This document shows, piece by piece, positions 12,403-23,239 of a stretch of DNA of 64,000 nucleotides (positions are counted from its first letter, which is position 1; every line of letters begins with the position of its first letter). This DNA is from Octopus vulgaris. Lineage: Eukaryota. The notes beneath the pieces are model-generated. The model was given only the letters and a program-made list of their open reading frames with translations. It did not search any database and was not told the DNA's origin. A program made the position numbers and the translations under genes. The stretch is taken from assembly GCA_951406725.2 (NCBI GenBank), contig OX597830.1:48732001-48796000 (forward strand), given 5' to 3'.

Positions 12403-14613
12403 CATACACACACACAGATATAGATATGTAGATATATACAGATATATATACATATATACATACACACAGATATAGATATATAGATACATGGTGCAGCCTT
12501 CGGGCTTCCCAGACCCCAGTTGAACCGTCCAACCCATGCTAGCATGGAAAGCGGATGTTAAACGATGATGATGATGATGATGATAGATATATATACATAT
12601 ATACACACCACACATATATATATCATCATCATCATCATCATTTAGCGTCCGTTTTCCATGCTAGCATGGGTTGGACGGTTCAACTGGGGGTCTGTGAAGC
12701 CGGAAGGCTTCATCAGGCCCAGTCAGATCTGGCAGTGTTTCTACGGCTGGATGCCCTTCCTAACGCCAACCACTCCGTGAGTGTAGTGGGTGCTTTTTAC
12801 ATGCCACCCACACAGGTGCCAGACAGAGCTGGCCAACGGCCACGAACGGATGGTGCTTTTACATGCTACCGGCATCGGGGCCAGGCAAGGCTGGCAACGG
12901 ACACGAACGGATGGTGCTTTTACATGCCACTGCACGGGGGCCACGAGGCTGGACGGACACGAACGGACCGTGCCGGTGGCACGTAAAAGCACCATCCGTT
13001 CGTGTCCGTATATATATATATATACATATATATTGTTGTATTTCAGGATGGTCATTTTTTTTTTTGCCAAATAAACATACGCCCTATATATTTGTTCTTC
13101 CGAATAAGCACGTTGTTACCAAAATGCAATTTGAAAAAGCCCGCCATTTACATAGATGTGTAAGGGGTAAACAATCCTACACGCTGCGTTGGATATGATA
13201 GCTGTTCGCCTGATTGGTTGTTTTTGTTTATTCATTATATATCTTGAATTATGCTTGCACTGAAGAGTAAAAAGTGCATAAAACTGCACCGATTATGAAA
13301 TCACAGTGTGACATGCGGCTAAATTCTGTTTTTAAAAGACCTGCTTCGAGAATTGGTTTCGATATGATGTGTTTATCAACTTTAGTAGTTTTGACTTTAA
13401 GAATCCCTCCTAGCGTGTGGCACCTATGTGTAATAGTGCCCTCTATATAATATAAATAAATAAATTTAACGGAAAAAAATTGATGGTTTTTTTTTTTTCT
13501 CATGAGGTTTTTCACGCTAACTTCTCGATAAATTCTTATGAAGATTTTATCCTATTTTTAAATTGTAAAGCATATATATATATATATATATGCATGCATG
13601 CATGTATTTAAACATACACACAAACGAACATCTCAGAAAGAAGCTTGGTAGATTTAGACCAAACATCATGAAAGAAGAATTATCTTAATTCTCAAAACTG
13701 TAGCATACAAAAAAATCCAATACACTTAATAATAATAGTGAGAGTTGTTGTCGCTGTTTAGCTCAAAGTCAACACTATCAGAAGGTATTCCAGCATTATC
13801 ATCTCGTCTTTTTACAGATGTACAGGTCTAGATTATCTCAGGTGTTCTAAGATGGCAGCAAATAATTTGAGGTGGATTTTACTTATTTCTAGCAGTTCAA
13901 GTGACCCACGTAGGAGCTCGCAGCAAATAATGTTCTGATGAAAATTACCTAAAGGTGAATAAAACAGTCATTCTCAACTGCTGTTCATGTGGCCCTTGGG
14001 GTTCCACATAAGATTTTGCTGTTAAAATTTATCTGCAATAAATTTGTTATATTTCTACAACACACAAAATATTTTAATTTTTTTTTTATATATATAAAAT
14101 TCCTAATAATATTTAATTATAAAAATATGACTTTTTAAACATTTAATGGGTAGGAGGGTCCATCAGAGTAAAATAGAAATCAAAAGGGGGTCCATAGGTT
14201 AAAAAAAAAAATGGCTGAGAAACAGAGGCAGGGCGCGAAAAGGTTTGAAAGGGTCGCATTGAAAGACAGCAACGACACGAAAGAAACGAATATAATCCAG
14301 CAGCAGATAACTCCTGCATTAGACTGTAATAATTATCTCCCCTTAAAAAAAATTTTTTTTAAATAGGCAGGTGAATAGTATGTCATTTTAGTCAAGATGG
14401 CACAAGCAATATCTTCGTATTCATGTAAAACAATTATTTTAACTTGTTCCTTGTTACCTTGCCTATATTTATATGTAGTCCATTTGGGCTGGAATTGAAT
14501 TCCATACTTCTAATCCATTAGACTACAACGCCACAAAACTACTACAGAATATTTCGTTTTTGGATTTGGTTTGCAAGATTCTTTATATGAGTTCATGTGT
14601 TGAAGCATATTCT

Positions 14614-14850
14614 GTTGTGTCTGGGGAGAGTCATTTTCTTTTTGTGTCTTATTATGTAACACACTCACCGGTAAAATGAAAAGGGAACGCAGTGTAAATA
14701 ACGGACAGAGTCAAAACTATTGAAAAGGTTGTAAGACGCAACGAAAATTTTAGGACAATAAAAATAAAAATAAGGAAAAAGTGGAAATTTTACTGGTGAG
14801 TGTGTTACATTATAAGGCCCAAAAAGAAAATGACTCTCCCCAGACACAGC
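14614..14850. repeat. Inverted repeat (~60-bp arms)
   Basis: TGTGTCTGGGGAGAGTCATTTTCTTTTTG...TGTAACACACTCACCGGTAAAAT is inverted at 14786-14847. Confidence 0.85.
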
Positions 14851-15718
14851 ATACTATAAAATAAATGACATTTAAATTAAGGAATAACAGTTTTATTAAG
14901 CTGACCTGGCTCTAAACGTACGTCTTCTCACTGAGACAAGTAGAGGAATTTCAGACATATTCCTGAGTGATGGAAAATAGGAATCAGAACTGGATGCCAG
15001 AATTGTAGGTGCTGGCACAGTAATGTACCAGTTCCAAAATTTCATCCTTAAAAGTGGAGAAAGTGGTTAAAAAAAAAGCCCAAACATACTATTTTCAAAT
15101 CAGTTTTTGTGCGTATTTTCATCTATGTGGTCATATGTAAAACAATCAGTCAAAATAGGGTTCCACCGAAGGATCTCAGGAGTGACATTACTCAACAAAG
15201 GGCTGTCACTGCAGCTGCTTCTTCAACATCATTATTTAATGCTGGTTTTTCCTGCTGGCATGGGTTGGACAGTTTAACCAGAGCTGGCTAGCAGGAGAGC
15301 TGTACCAGAGTCCAGTTTGATTTAGCTTTGTTTCCATGGTTGGATGCCCTTCCTAACATCAACCACTTTACAGCATGAGGTGCTGGGTGCTTTTAACATG
15401 ACGACAGCTTGGAAATCAGTGAGTCTCTTCACACTGAGAGGTAACAGCTCTGGTACAATGGACATGTGATTAGAATGTTGCAGAAAAGAATTGCAGGAAG
15501 GATTCTTCAAGCCAAGCCAACAGGCAGTAGACCTAGGCATAGATCAAGAACAAGATGGTTGGACAATATCCAATTTCAGTTGACTGTACTCGGTAACCTA
15601 CTCAGCAAATTTAATGACAGCTGCTTCTGATGGGATCTTGTGGACGAGGTGCCTGAAGATTCTACTACCAAGAAAGGTGGACAGGGCAGATGGATGGACG
15701 AATGTCTTTCTCGATTAA

Positions 15719-16109
15719 TCTATATATATAAAGCTGAAGTTGTCTGTGTATGGCAGGTTTGGTAGCCTTCAACTAACACTATCTCCTCTGAGACCCTGTG
15801 GCGCAAGTTGACCAAAATCGAGAGTATGATTGAAGAAGGCTTGCTCTTCCTTCTGTAGGAGAAAAAATTCAAATCGGACCATGTTAACACCAAAAATTAT
15901 TTACATCAAAAAGGTGCTTTTTTTTCTATGAAAATCCCTATTTTTTACGGTTTTTTGACTGCTGTGTCACCATTTTTCCATGTATTTCAACCAGAAAAAT
16001 GTTCACTTGAAGAAAATAACAAGCTACATAATGCAAAAGTTTTACTTTTCAAAAATTCCAATTCTAAAGGGTCGAAACAAACCCGAGCAACACCGGGCGA
16101 TACTGCTAG
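15719..16109 (+). mobile_element. Non-autonomous Helitron
   Basis: A|TC start, subterminal hairpin CCCGAGCAACACCGGG, CTAG|T end. Similar 3' ends lie at ~20319-20350 (minus) and ~23865-23893. Confidence 0.75.
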
Positions 16110-16409
16110 TGTTATATATTGCCATTTAGGTTTTCTAGAGCTGTCAGTAGTTTTTTGATGAGTGGAAACTGTATCCTTTCACAATCATCCTCATCTCAGA
16201 GCATCTCAACAGAAATACAGTAACAAAAGGGTTAAGTGAGAATGTTAGAAAATATGGATGTTGACAAATTTATCTTCAGATGAGTAATTAGGAGATGCTG
16301 TATACTTTGTAGCTAATGAGAGCACATCTCGGTCATGATAGGAAGGGAAAATGGAAGGAGATAGTCATGGTTGGAATGCCTTGGACCATAAGTCTGCTGA
16401 ATTGATCTA

Positions 16410-16607
<198 letters not shown>

Positions 16608-17739
16608 CTAGAAAGAGCAAACAGGAAGAAAAAAATTACACAAACGTGGCATCAATATAAGAAGAGGAATACAATGTAAGACATTTCACCATCATCATCA
16701 TCATCAGCGTTTAACGTCTGATTTCCATGCTAGCATGGGTTGGCTGATTTGACTTAGGGCTGGCAAACCAGATGGCAACACCAGGCTCGAATCTTGATTT
16801 GGCAGAGTTTCTACAGCTGGATGCCCTTCCTAACGCCAACCACTCCGTGAGTGTAGTGGGTGCTTTTTACGTGCCACCGGCACAGGGGCCAGTCAGGCAG
16901 TACTGGCAATGACCTTGCTCGAATCCTTTTACACATGCCACTGGCACAGGTGCCAGTAAGGCGACGCTGGTAACAATCCCGCTCAGATGGTGCCCTTTTA
17001 CGTGCCACTGGCACGGAGCCAGTTGGCCGCTCTGGCAACGATCACGCTCGGATGGTACTCTTGGCACCCTACTAGCACGGGCACATCAATGACGTAACAA
17101 TCACATTCACACTGTCCTGGGGTATTGCCCAGGGATGAGCAACCTAAGTCACTTAGTCTAAATACCAATGTCAAGTTAGTATTTACTTCAGATCCAACTC
17201 TGATTATTTTAAATTTAAGCCTGTATAATGTTAAGCATTTAGTATAATATATTAAAAGCATCACCTGTGCCATAAACATTACAGACCACACATACTCACT
17301 GTACGTGTTTTGCTTGCCTGTCAGTTTGCTACAGTATAGCGCTCCAGGTACAACTCCCACAGCACTATAGCCAGTGCTATACTACTACTACTACCACCAC
17401 CACTACCACTACAGCATACCAGCTTTGGGATTCATAATTGGATTTCTACTTATGTATGCATTGTTGTGGCATACCAGCAAATGGTTCATACACAAATTTG
17501 TATAGAGTCAAAGACAGGTGATTCTGTTCACCCCTGGTTCGATTTGAGTATGTGATGTTGATAAGCTACAAAAATGGCAAAATATCAATGTCCGTCCCTC
17601 CTGAATGGAATTGGCGGTGAGTTGTCTCGCCCGTCTATGACTCGGGTGTTTTAATACCCAGTGCCAAGAGGAAGTCAACCCTAGAGTGCTGTGACGCAGC
17701 AAACTGGCAAACAAATAAAACACATACATTGCTCGCAAG

Positions 17740-18100
17740 AAATGAAGCCAGTATGCTCCGATGGATGTGTAATGTCAGTGTACATACTCGACAGAGTGTA
17801 AGTACTTTGAGAGAAAAGTTGGACCTAAGAAGCATCAGTTGTGGTGTGCAAGAGAGACGATTGCGCTGATATGGTCATGTGGCAAGAATGGATGAAAATA
17901 GTTGTGTGAAAAAGTGCCACACCCTAGCGGTTGAGAGAACCTGTGGAAGAGGTAGACCCAAGAAAACCTGGGACAAGGTGGTGAAGCACGACCCTCGAAC
18001 ATTAGGTCTCACTGAGGCAATGACTAGTGACCGAGACCTTTGGAAATACGCTGTGCGTGGAAAGCGGACGTTAAACAATGATGCTGATGATGATGATGAA
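17740..18100 (+). mobile_element. RTE-clade LINE 3' fragment
   Basis: LREKLDLRSISCGVQERRLR*YGHVARMDENSCVKK...GRGRPKKTWDKVV...DRDLWK, then a (GAT)n tail. Confidence 0.85.
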
Positions 18101-18270
18101 CAACAAGACTAAGAATGGAGAAAATCACATCTTTAATTTGTGATTACAACATACAATACAGACAATCATATCTACTGTACCAGCATATTTAGATACAGTA
18201 AAAATATATACTACCAGTAAATTAATATAACTGAAAATATATATAACACAACATTATCAAAATGGGTTAA

Positions 18271-18491
18271 CCCTTTAGTATTTAAACCGGCCATATCCGG
18301 CCAAAAGTATTCTGCCTGTTTTATGTTCAAACTGGCCAGATCTGGTCTCTCACACCAACCCTACAATATCGTTTTAAAAATTAACAGCTACCTCATCAAA
18401 ATCTCATAGCTACAAGATAATGCATGATTAGTTCAAAACAATGTGGATGAAAAAGCATTAATTTTGGCAGAATCATATGAACAGCAAAGGG
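18271..18491. mobile_element. piggyBac-like MITE
   Basis: TTAA|CCCTTT...AAAGGG|TTAA; related fragments at ~24820-25110 and 59150-59224. Confidence 0.75.
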
Positions 18492-19175
18492 TTAAATCCA
18501 AAATGAACTAAGAAAATATCTCTAATTGGTGAATGCATAAGAAAAGCCAGTTTAGTATTTACCTTTTGATGACAGGAATTCCATGTCACGACAATTATAA
18601 ACATAGAAATTCTACATCATAACAATTAGTTAGCTGTCAGATTTTAGAAAAATTATGCATAATTAGAATAAAGGAAAAGTAATTATAATTAATGGGTTAG
18701 TATTGAAATACTTAAATGTTTATCAGTAATATATGGTGCAATCACCAATTAAAGATGTGATTTGCTCCATTCTTATTCTCTGAATTTCTTGATGTTCTTC
18801 TAAGCAATGTTTGGATTTACTTGTCATCCATGAAGAATTAACTGAGATGTTTATTCTACTTGCATTTATTGGTATCTGTTTGTTTGTTTGATATCATCAT
18901 CATCATCATCATCATCGTTTAACGTCCGCTTTCCATGCTAGCATGGGTTGGACGGTTCAACTGGGGTCTGGCAAGCCCGAAGGCTGCACCAGGCCAGTCA
19001 GATCTGGCAGTGTTTCTACAGCTGGATGCCCTTCCTAACGCCAACCACTCCGAGAGTGTAGTGGGTGATTTTATGTGCCACCGACATAGTTAACTAAATT
19101 CATTAACATTGAGTGCTTCATAGATATATGCCTGGAGTTATAAATCCCTTTTACATACATATATATATATATATA

Positions 19176-19573
19176 GGAGCAGGAATGGCTGTGTGGTAAT
19201 TAGCTTGCTAACCAACCACATGGTTCCGGGTTCAGTCCCACTGCGTGGCATCTTGGGCAAGTGTCTTCTGCTATAGCCCCGGGCCGACCAATGCCTTGTG
19301 AGTGGATTTGGTAGACGGAAACTGAAAGAAGCCTGTTGTATACATGTATATGTATGTATGTGTGTGTCTGTGTTTGTCCCACTAGCATTGCTTGACAACC
19401 AATGCTGGTGTGTTTATGTCCCCATTACTTAGCGGTTCGGCAAAAGAGACCGATAGAATAAGTACTGGGCTTACAAAAGAATAAGTCCCAGGGTTGAGTT
19501 GCTCGATTAAAGGCGGTGCTCCAGCATGGCCGCAGTCAAATGACTGAAACAAGTAAAAGAGAGAGTAAAGAGA

Positions 19574-19574
<1 letters not shown>
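19176..19574 (+). mobile_element. Abundant tRNA-type SINE family A (CORE-like motif), full copy
   Basis: Head GG.GCAGGA.TGGCTGTGTGGTAA...GGTTCAGTCCC, TTGGGCAAGT motif, internal (TA/TG)n and GTAAAAGAG tail. Other copies or fragments lie at ~1-30, 4690-4830, 7741-8145, 10420-10540, 11530-11870, 25135-25277, 31960-32640, 35349-35506, 47230-47455, 52830-53050 and 62810-63690. Confidence 0.85.
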
Positions 19575-19614
<40 letters not shown>

Positions 19615-19981
19615 GCCTCCCCAGCACCCATGCCGGTGGCACGTAAAAAGCACCCACTACACTCACAGAGTGGTTGGCGTTAGGAAGGGCATCCAGCTGT
19701 AGAAACACAGCCAGATCAGACTGGAGCCTGGTGCAGCCTCCTGGCTTCCCAGATCCCGGTCGAACCAGCCAACCCGTGCTAGCACGGAAAATGGACATTA
19801 AATGATGATGATGATGATATTATACTGTGACTTACTGTATGTAACCTTAGATCACGTTGTGCATCAAGCTATAAGGCAATGAAGGACATCAAGAGAAAAT
19901 GCAAATAACGGAAACAGAAGAAAAGAATGAGTTGCAGTGAATGAGTAAGAAACAAATGGGAGAGAGAATAGAGAGAGGTAC

Positions 19982-20102
19982 CTTTATTAATTCTGGTGAA
20001 AGACCTGATGCTGGTGCTGTGTCCATGTACTTCTTCAGATCTTGGTCAAGATATTCAAAGACAAGATAAAGCTTTTTATCACTCTGTACGACATCAAGCA
20101 GC
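19982..20102 (-). CDS. CDK2: CDK2 coding exon 3 (LLDVVQSDKKLYLVFEYLDQDLKKYMDTAPASGLSPELIK)
   Basis: Acceptor ttctag|, hinge LVFEYL-DLKKYMD, donor AAG|gtacct; 121 nt. Confidence 0.94.
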
Positions 20103-20212
20103 CTAGAATGAAGATTAAGAAATTAATGGTAGCTGTGCATTGTGTACACATCTGATGTGTGAGAAGGTAACAGCTATACACTCTGTAATTGTATACATCT
20201 GATGTATTAGAA

Positions 20213-21272
20213 CAGTGCTTCTCAACCCACTTTCACTTTTGATTCCTATTTTACTTAGAGAGACCCTCCTAGTCATTTGATGTTAAAAAAAAAATCCTAT
20301 GATAATTTTATAATTAAACTAGCAGTATCACCCGGCGTTGCTCGGGTTTGTAAGGAAACAACTATATAAGCATTTTTAGAGATAACCACAAAGGAGGGGG
20401 TTACTGTAGCTTTTTACGTTCTGAGATTTAACCAATTTATTGCTGATAAATTTTAGCAACAAAATCTTTATATGGACCCCTGAAGGTCATATGGACCCTG
20501 GATGAGAACTACTGTGTTAGAACAACAGTCCCTAACCATTTTTGAATCACAAACCAGTTTCAGGCAAGGCAATTTTTCCGCTGACTTGGGGATCACATGT
20601 GTAACTAAAAGATATTAAGAATTGTATAAAAAAACAAATTTTTTATAACCACACGGGGCTGAGGGACAAACAAGGACAAAGGGATTAAGTCGATTACATT
20701 ACAATACATATATATTTATTTCTTTACTGCCCACACGGGGCTGAGGGACAAACAAGTTAAGTCGATTACATCGACCCCAGTGCATAACTGGTACTTATTT
20801 AATCAACCCTGAAAGGATGAAAGGCAAAGTCAACCTCGGCGAAATTTGAACTCAGAACATAACGGCAGACAAAATACCTATTTCTTTACTACCCACAAGG
20901 GGCTAAACACAGAGAGGACGAACAAGGACAAATGGATTAAGTCGATTATATCGACCCCAGTGTGTAACTGGTAGTTATTTAATTGACCCTGAAAGGATGA
21001 AAGGCAAAGTCAACCTTGGTGGAATTTGAACTCAGAACATAACAGCAGACAAAATACTGCAAAGCATTTCACCCGGCGTGTTAACGATTCTGCCAGTTCG
21101 CCGCCTTGATACATAATACATATATATTACATATGTAATGCAAAAATCACTCTGTGGACTGAGGTTGTAAATAAAATAGAAATAAAATTTTTAAATTCAT
21201 TCTTTCTTTGTGGCCAAGTATCAAATGACCTACAGTATGGAACTGGGCTGTGGCCCAATAGTTGGGAGCCTG
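20213..21272. mobile_element. Two adjacent hAT-like MITEs (20213-20514 and 20523-21272) with nested Helitron end and SINEs
   Basis: CAGTGCTTCTCAAC...TGAGAACTACTG and CAACAGTCCCTAACC...GTTGGGAGCCTG; 8-mers TATTAGAA / TGTTAGAA / TGTTAAAA at the three junctions. Confidence 0.65.
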
Positions 21273-21886
21273 TGTTAAAAGATAACAGCCAGGTATATTA
21301 GAACAAAGGTAACATTCATAAACGTGCCCTGGCACATGATAAATACATGTTGTTCTCTAAGAACAGATAATTTCCACAAATACCAAGATACTGGTTTCAC
21401 TCAACATCCCCGACTAAAGAAGGAGCCTCTATGAAGTCATTCCAATTGCTAGAAATAGCTACAAATTCCTTCAGATCATATCTGTCTTAAGAAAGGACAC
21501 GTCAATGTATGTAGTGTTATTCCAACAAAGGGATGGTCACTGTTGGAATACCTTTGCTTATAGGTCTTCTGGATAAGGACCGACCCAGGGCTAAACTGCA
21601 ATTACTAATCTATTAGCATCATTATTGATGCCTGAAAGGATAAAAGGTAAAGTCGACCTCAGCAGGATTTGAACTCAGAACACAAAGACAGCTGAAATGC
21701 TGCCAAGCATTTTACCCAGCATGCTAGCGATTCAGCCAGCTCACAGCCTTAGCTTACTCATAACTATTAAGCACAAGGTGGACAGTGTGCCACCCAGGGT
21801 GGAAACTGAAGTAAACAAGGTCTGTTCTCTTAAAAACAACATCCAATACATCGATCATCATCATCATCAACTAAACAATTACTTAC

Positions 21887-21964
21887 TGTACAACATTGTG
21901 GTGTGTCAACTCTCGAAGTAAAGAAATCTCTCGAATTGCTGTGCTGGGGACCCCTTCCGTTTCC
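21887..21964 (-). CDS. CDK2: CDK2 coding exon 2 ([26 protein letters not shown])
   Basis: Acceptor tttcag|, PSTAIRE helix, donor CA|gtaagt; 78 nt; phase fits exons 1 and 3. Confidence 0.95.
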
Positions 21965-22366
21965 CTGAAATAGAAGCACAACACCTAATTCAGTAGTGTT
22001 AGACTACTCTGAAAGTACACACAATTTAGGTTTCATGTATATATAAATATATATAAAAATTAGAAAAAAAACACCTTTTATCAATTCAAAATGAACAATT
22101 AAATTACACCATCTAGAAAATTACATATAATAGAAATATTAAAAATAAAATGAACAATAATATACTGATGATTAAGTAAATTGCAAAAAAATAATAAAAA
22201 CTATATATTTGGTAGAATAACGACACGTGTTTCGTGGCTATATTTAAGAAATGATTATACTAAAATGAATTGATTCATTTGATTAAAAACTTCTCCAGGG
22301 CAGTACCCAAGCATGGCTGCAGACTAATAACTGAAACAAGTAAAAAATATAAGATATATAAATGTG

Positions 22367-22410
<44 letters not shown>

Positions 22411-22420
22411 GGAGTAAAAA

Positions 22421-22458
22421 CTGTCCGACAAACGGGAACGTGAAACTCAGAGTAACAG
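22421..22458 (+). ncRNA. Degenerate minimal hammerhead-ribozyme motif
   Basis: CTGT-CCGACAA-ACG(GGAA)CGT-GAAA-CTCAGAG-TA-ACAG. All three stems can be drawn, but the core differs from CUGANGA at two positions. A 3' half-copy lies at 39961-39984 on the minus strand. Confidence 0.45.
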
Positions 22459-22491
22459 GTTTTGTTGAATTTTCTGCTGCTTTTAAATAAA

Positions 22492-22531
<40 letters not shown>

Positions 22532-22578
22532 TGTATTTTTTTACTTTATTTTTTACTTGTTTCAGTCATTAGTCTCCA

Positions 22579-22619
<41 letters not shown>

Positions 22620-22642
22620 ATCGGACATTAAACGACGATTAT

Positions 22643-22678
<36 letters not shown>

Positions 22679-23152
22679 ATATGAGATATCCTATTTTTGG
22701 GTATCTCTTCTGTGTTTGAATGTACACTTTATTCTTCTCTGAATAATGTATAGTCTATTGACTAAATTTTTTTCTTCTCGCTAGACCACTGGAAGCTAAG
22801 TTTTTCGATAAATATTCTTGCTACCCTAAGATTTTAATTATATCATCATCATCGTTTAATGTCCGTTTTCTGCGCTAGCATGGGTTGGACGGTTCGACCA
22901 GGATCTGGGAAGCCAGGGGCTGCTCCAGGCTGATCTGGCAGAGTTTCTACGGCTGGATGCCCTTCCTAACGCCAACCACTCCGCAAGTTTAGTGGGTGCT
23001 TTTTACGTGCCATATATAATAATTTGTTTTGGAGTCTCGCAATACCATGTACGACTATGAGGATTTACTTTCCCAATGAAACTCGATTTCTTCTCAAACT
23101 TTTTCTCAAACCTGTTATAATGTGATACATGTCTTTGGTGTGGTAATTGTAC

Positions 23153-23239
23153 GCGGCTGAAGAAGGCTCTTGATCTACCTGTTATATCAATTATGCATTG
23201 ATATAAGTTGTTCAATAAAGCCCGAAACATATGTACCGC
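23153..23239 (+). ncRNA. Candidate type I minimal hammerhead ribozyme (Penelope-like/retrozyme type) with extended stem II
   Basis: GCGG-CTGAAGA-A-GGCT...AGCC-C-GAAA-C-ATAT-G-TA-CCGC. Stem I GCGG/CCGC, intact core, palindromic stem III, GUA cleavage triplet; A-C mismatch at the base of stem II. Confidence 0.65.

Noticed and set aside
22215-22290. Complete hammerhead on the minus strand (GAAAC-ACGT-GTC)
   Set aside because: Only the 3' half is convincing; the upstream CTGGAGA lacks a matching stem I or stem II.
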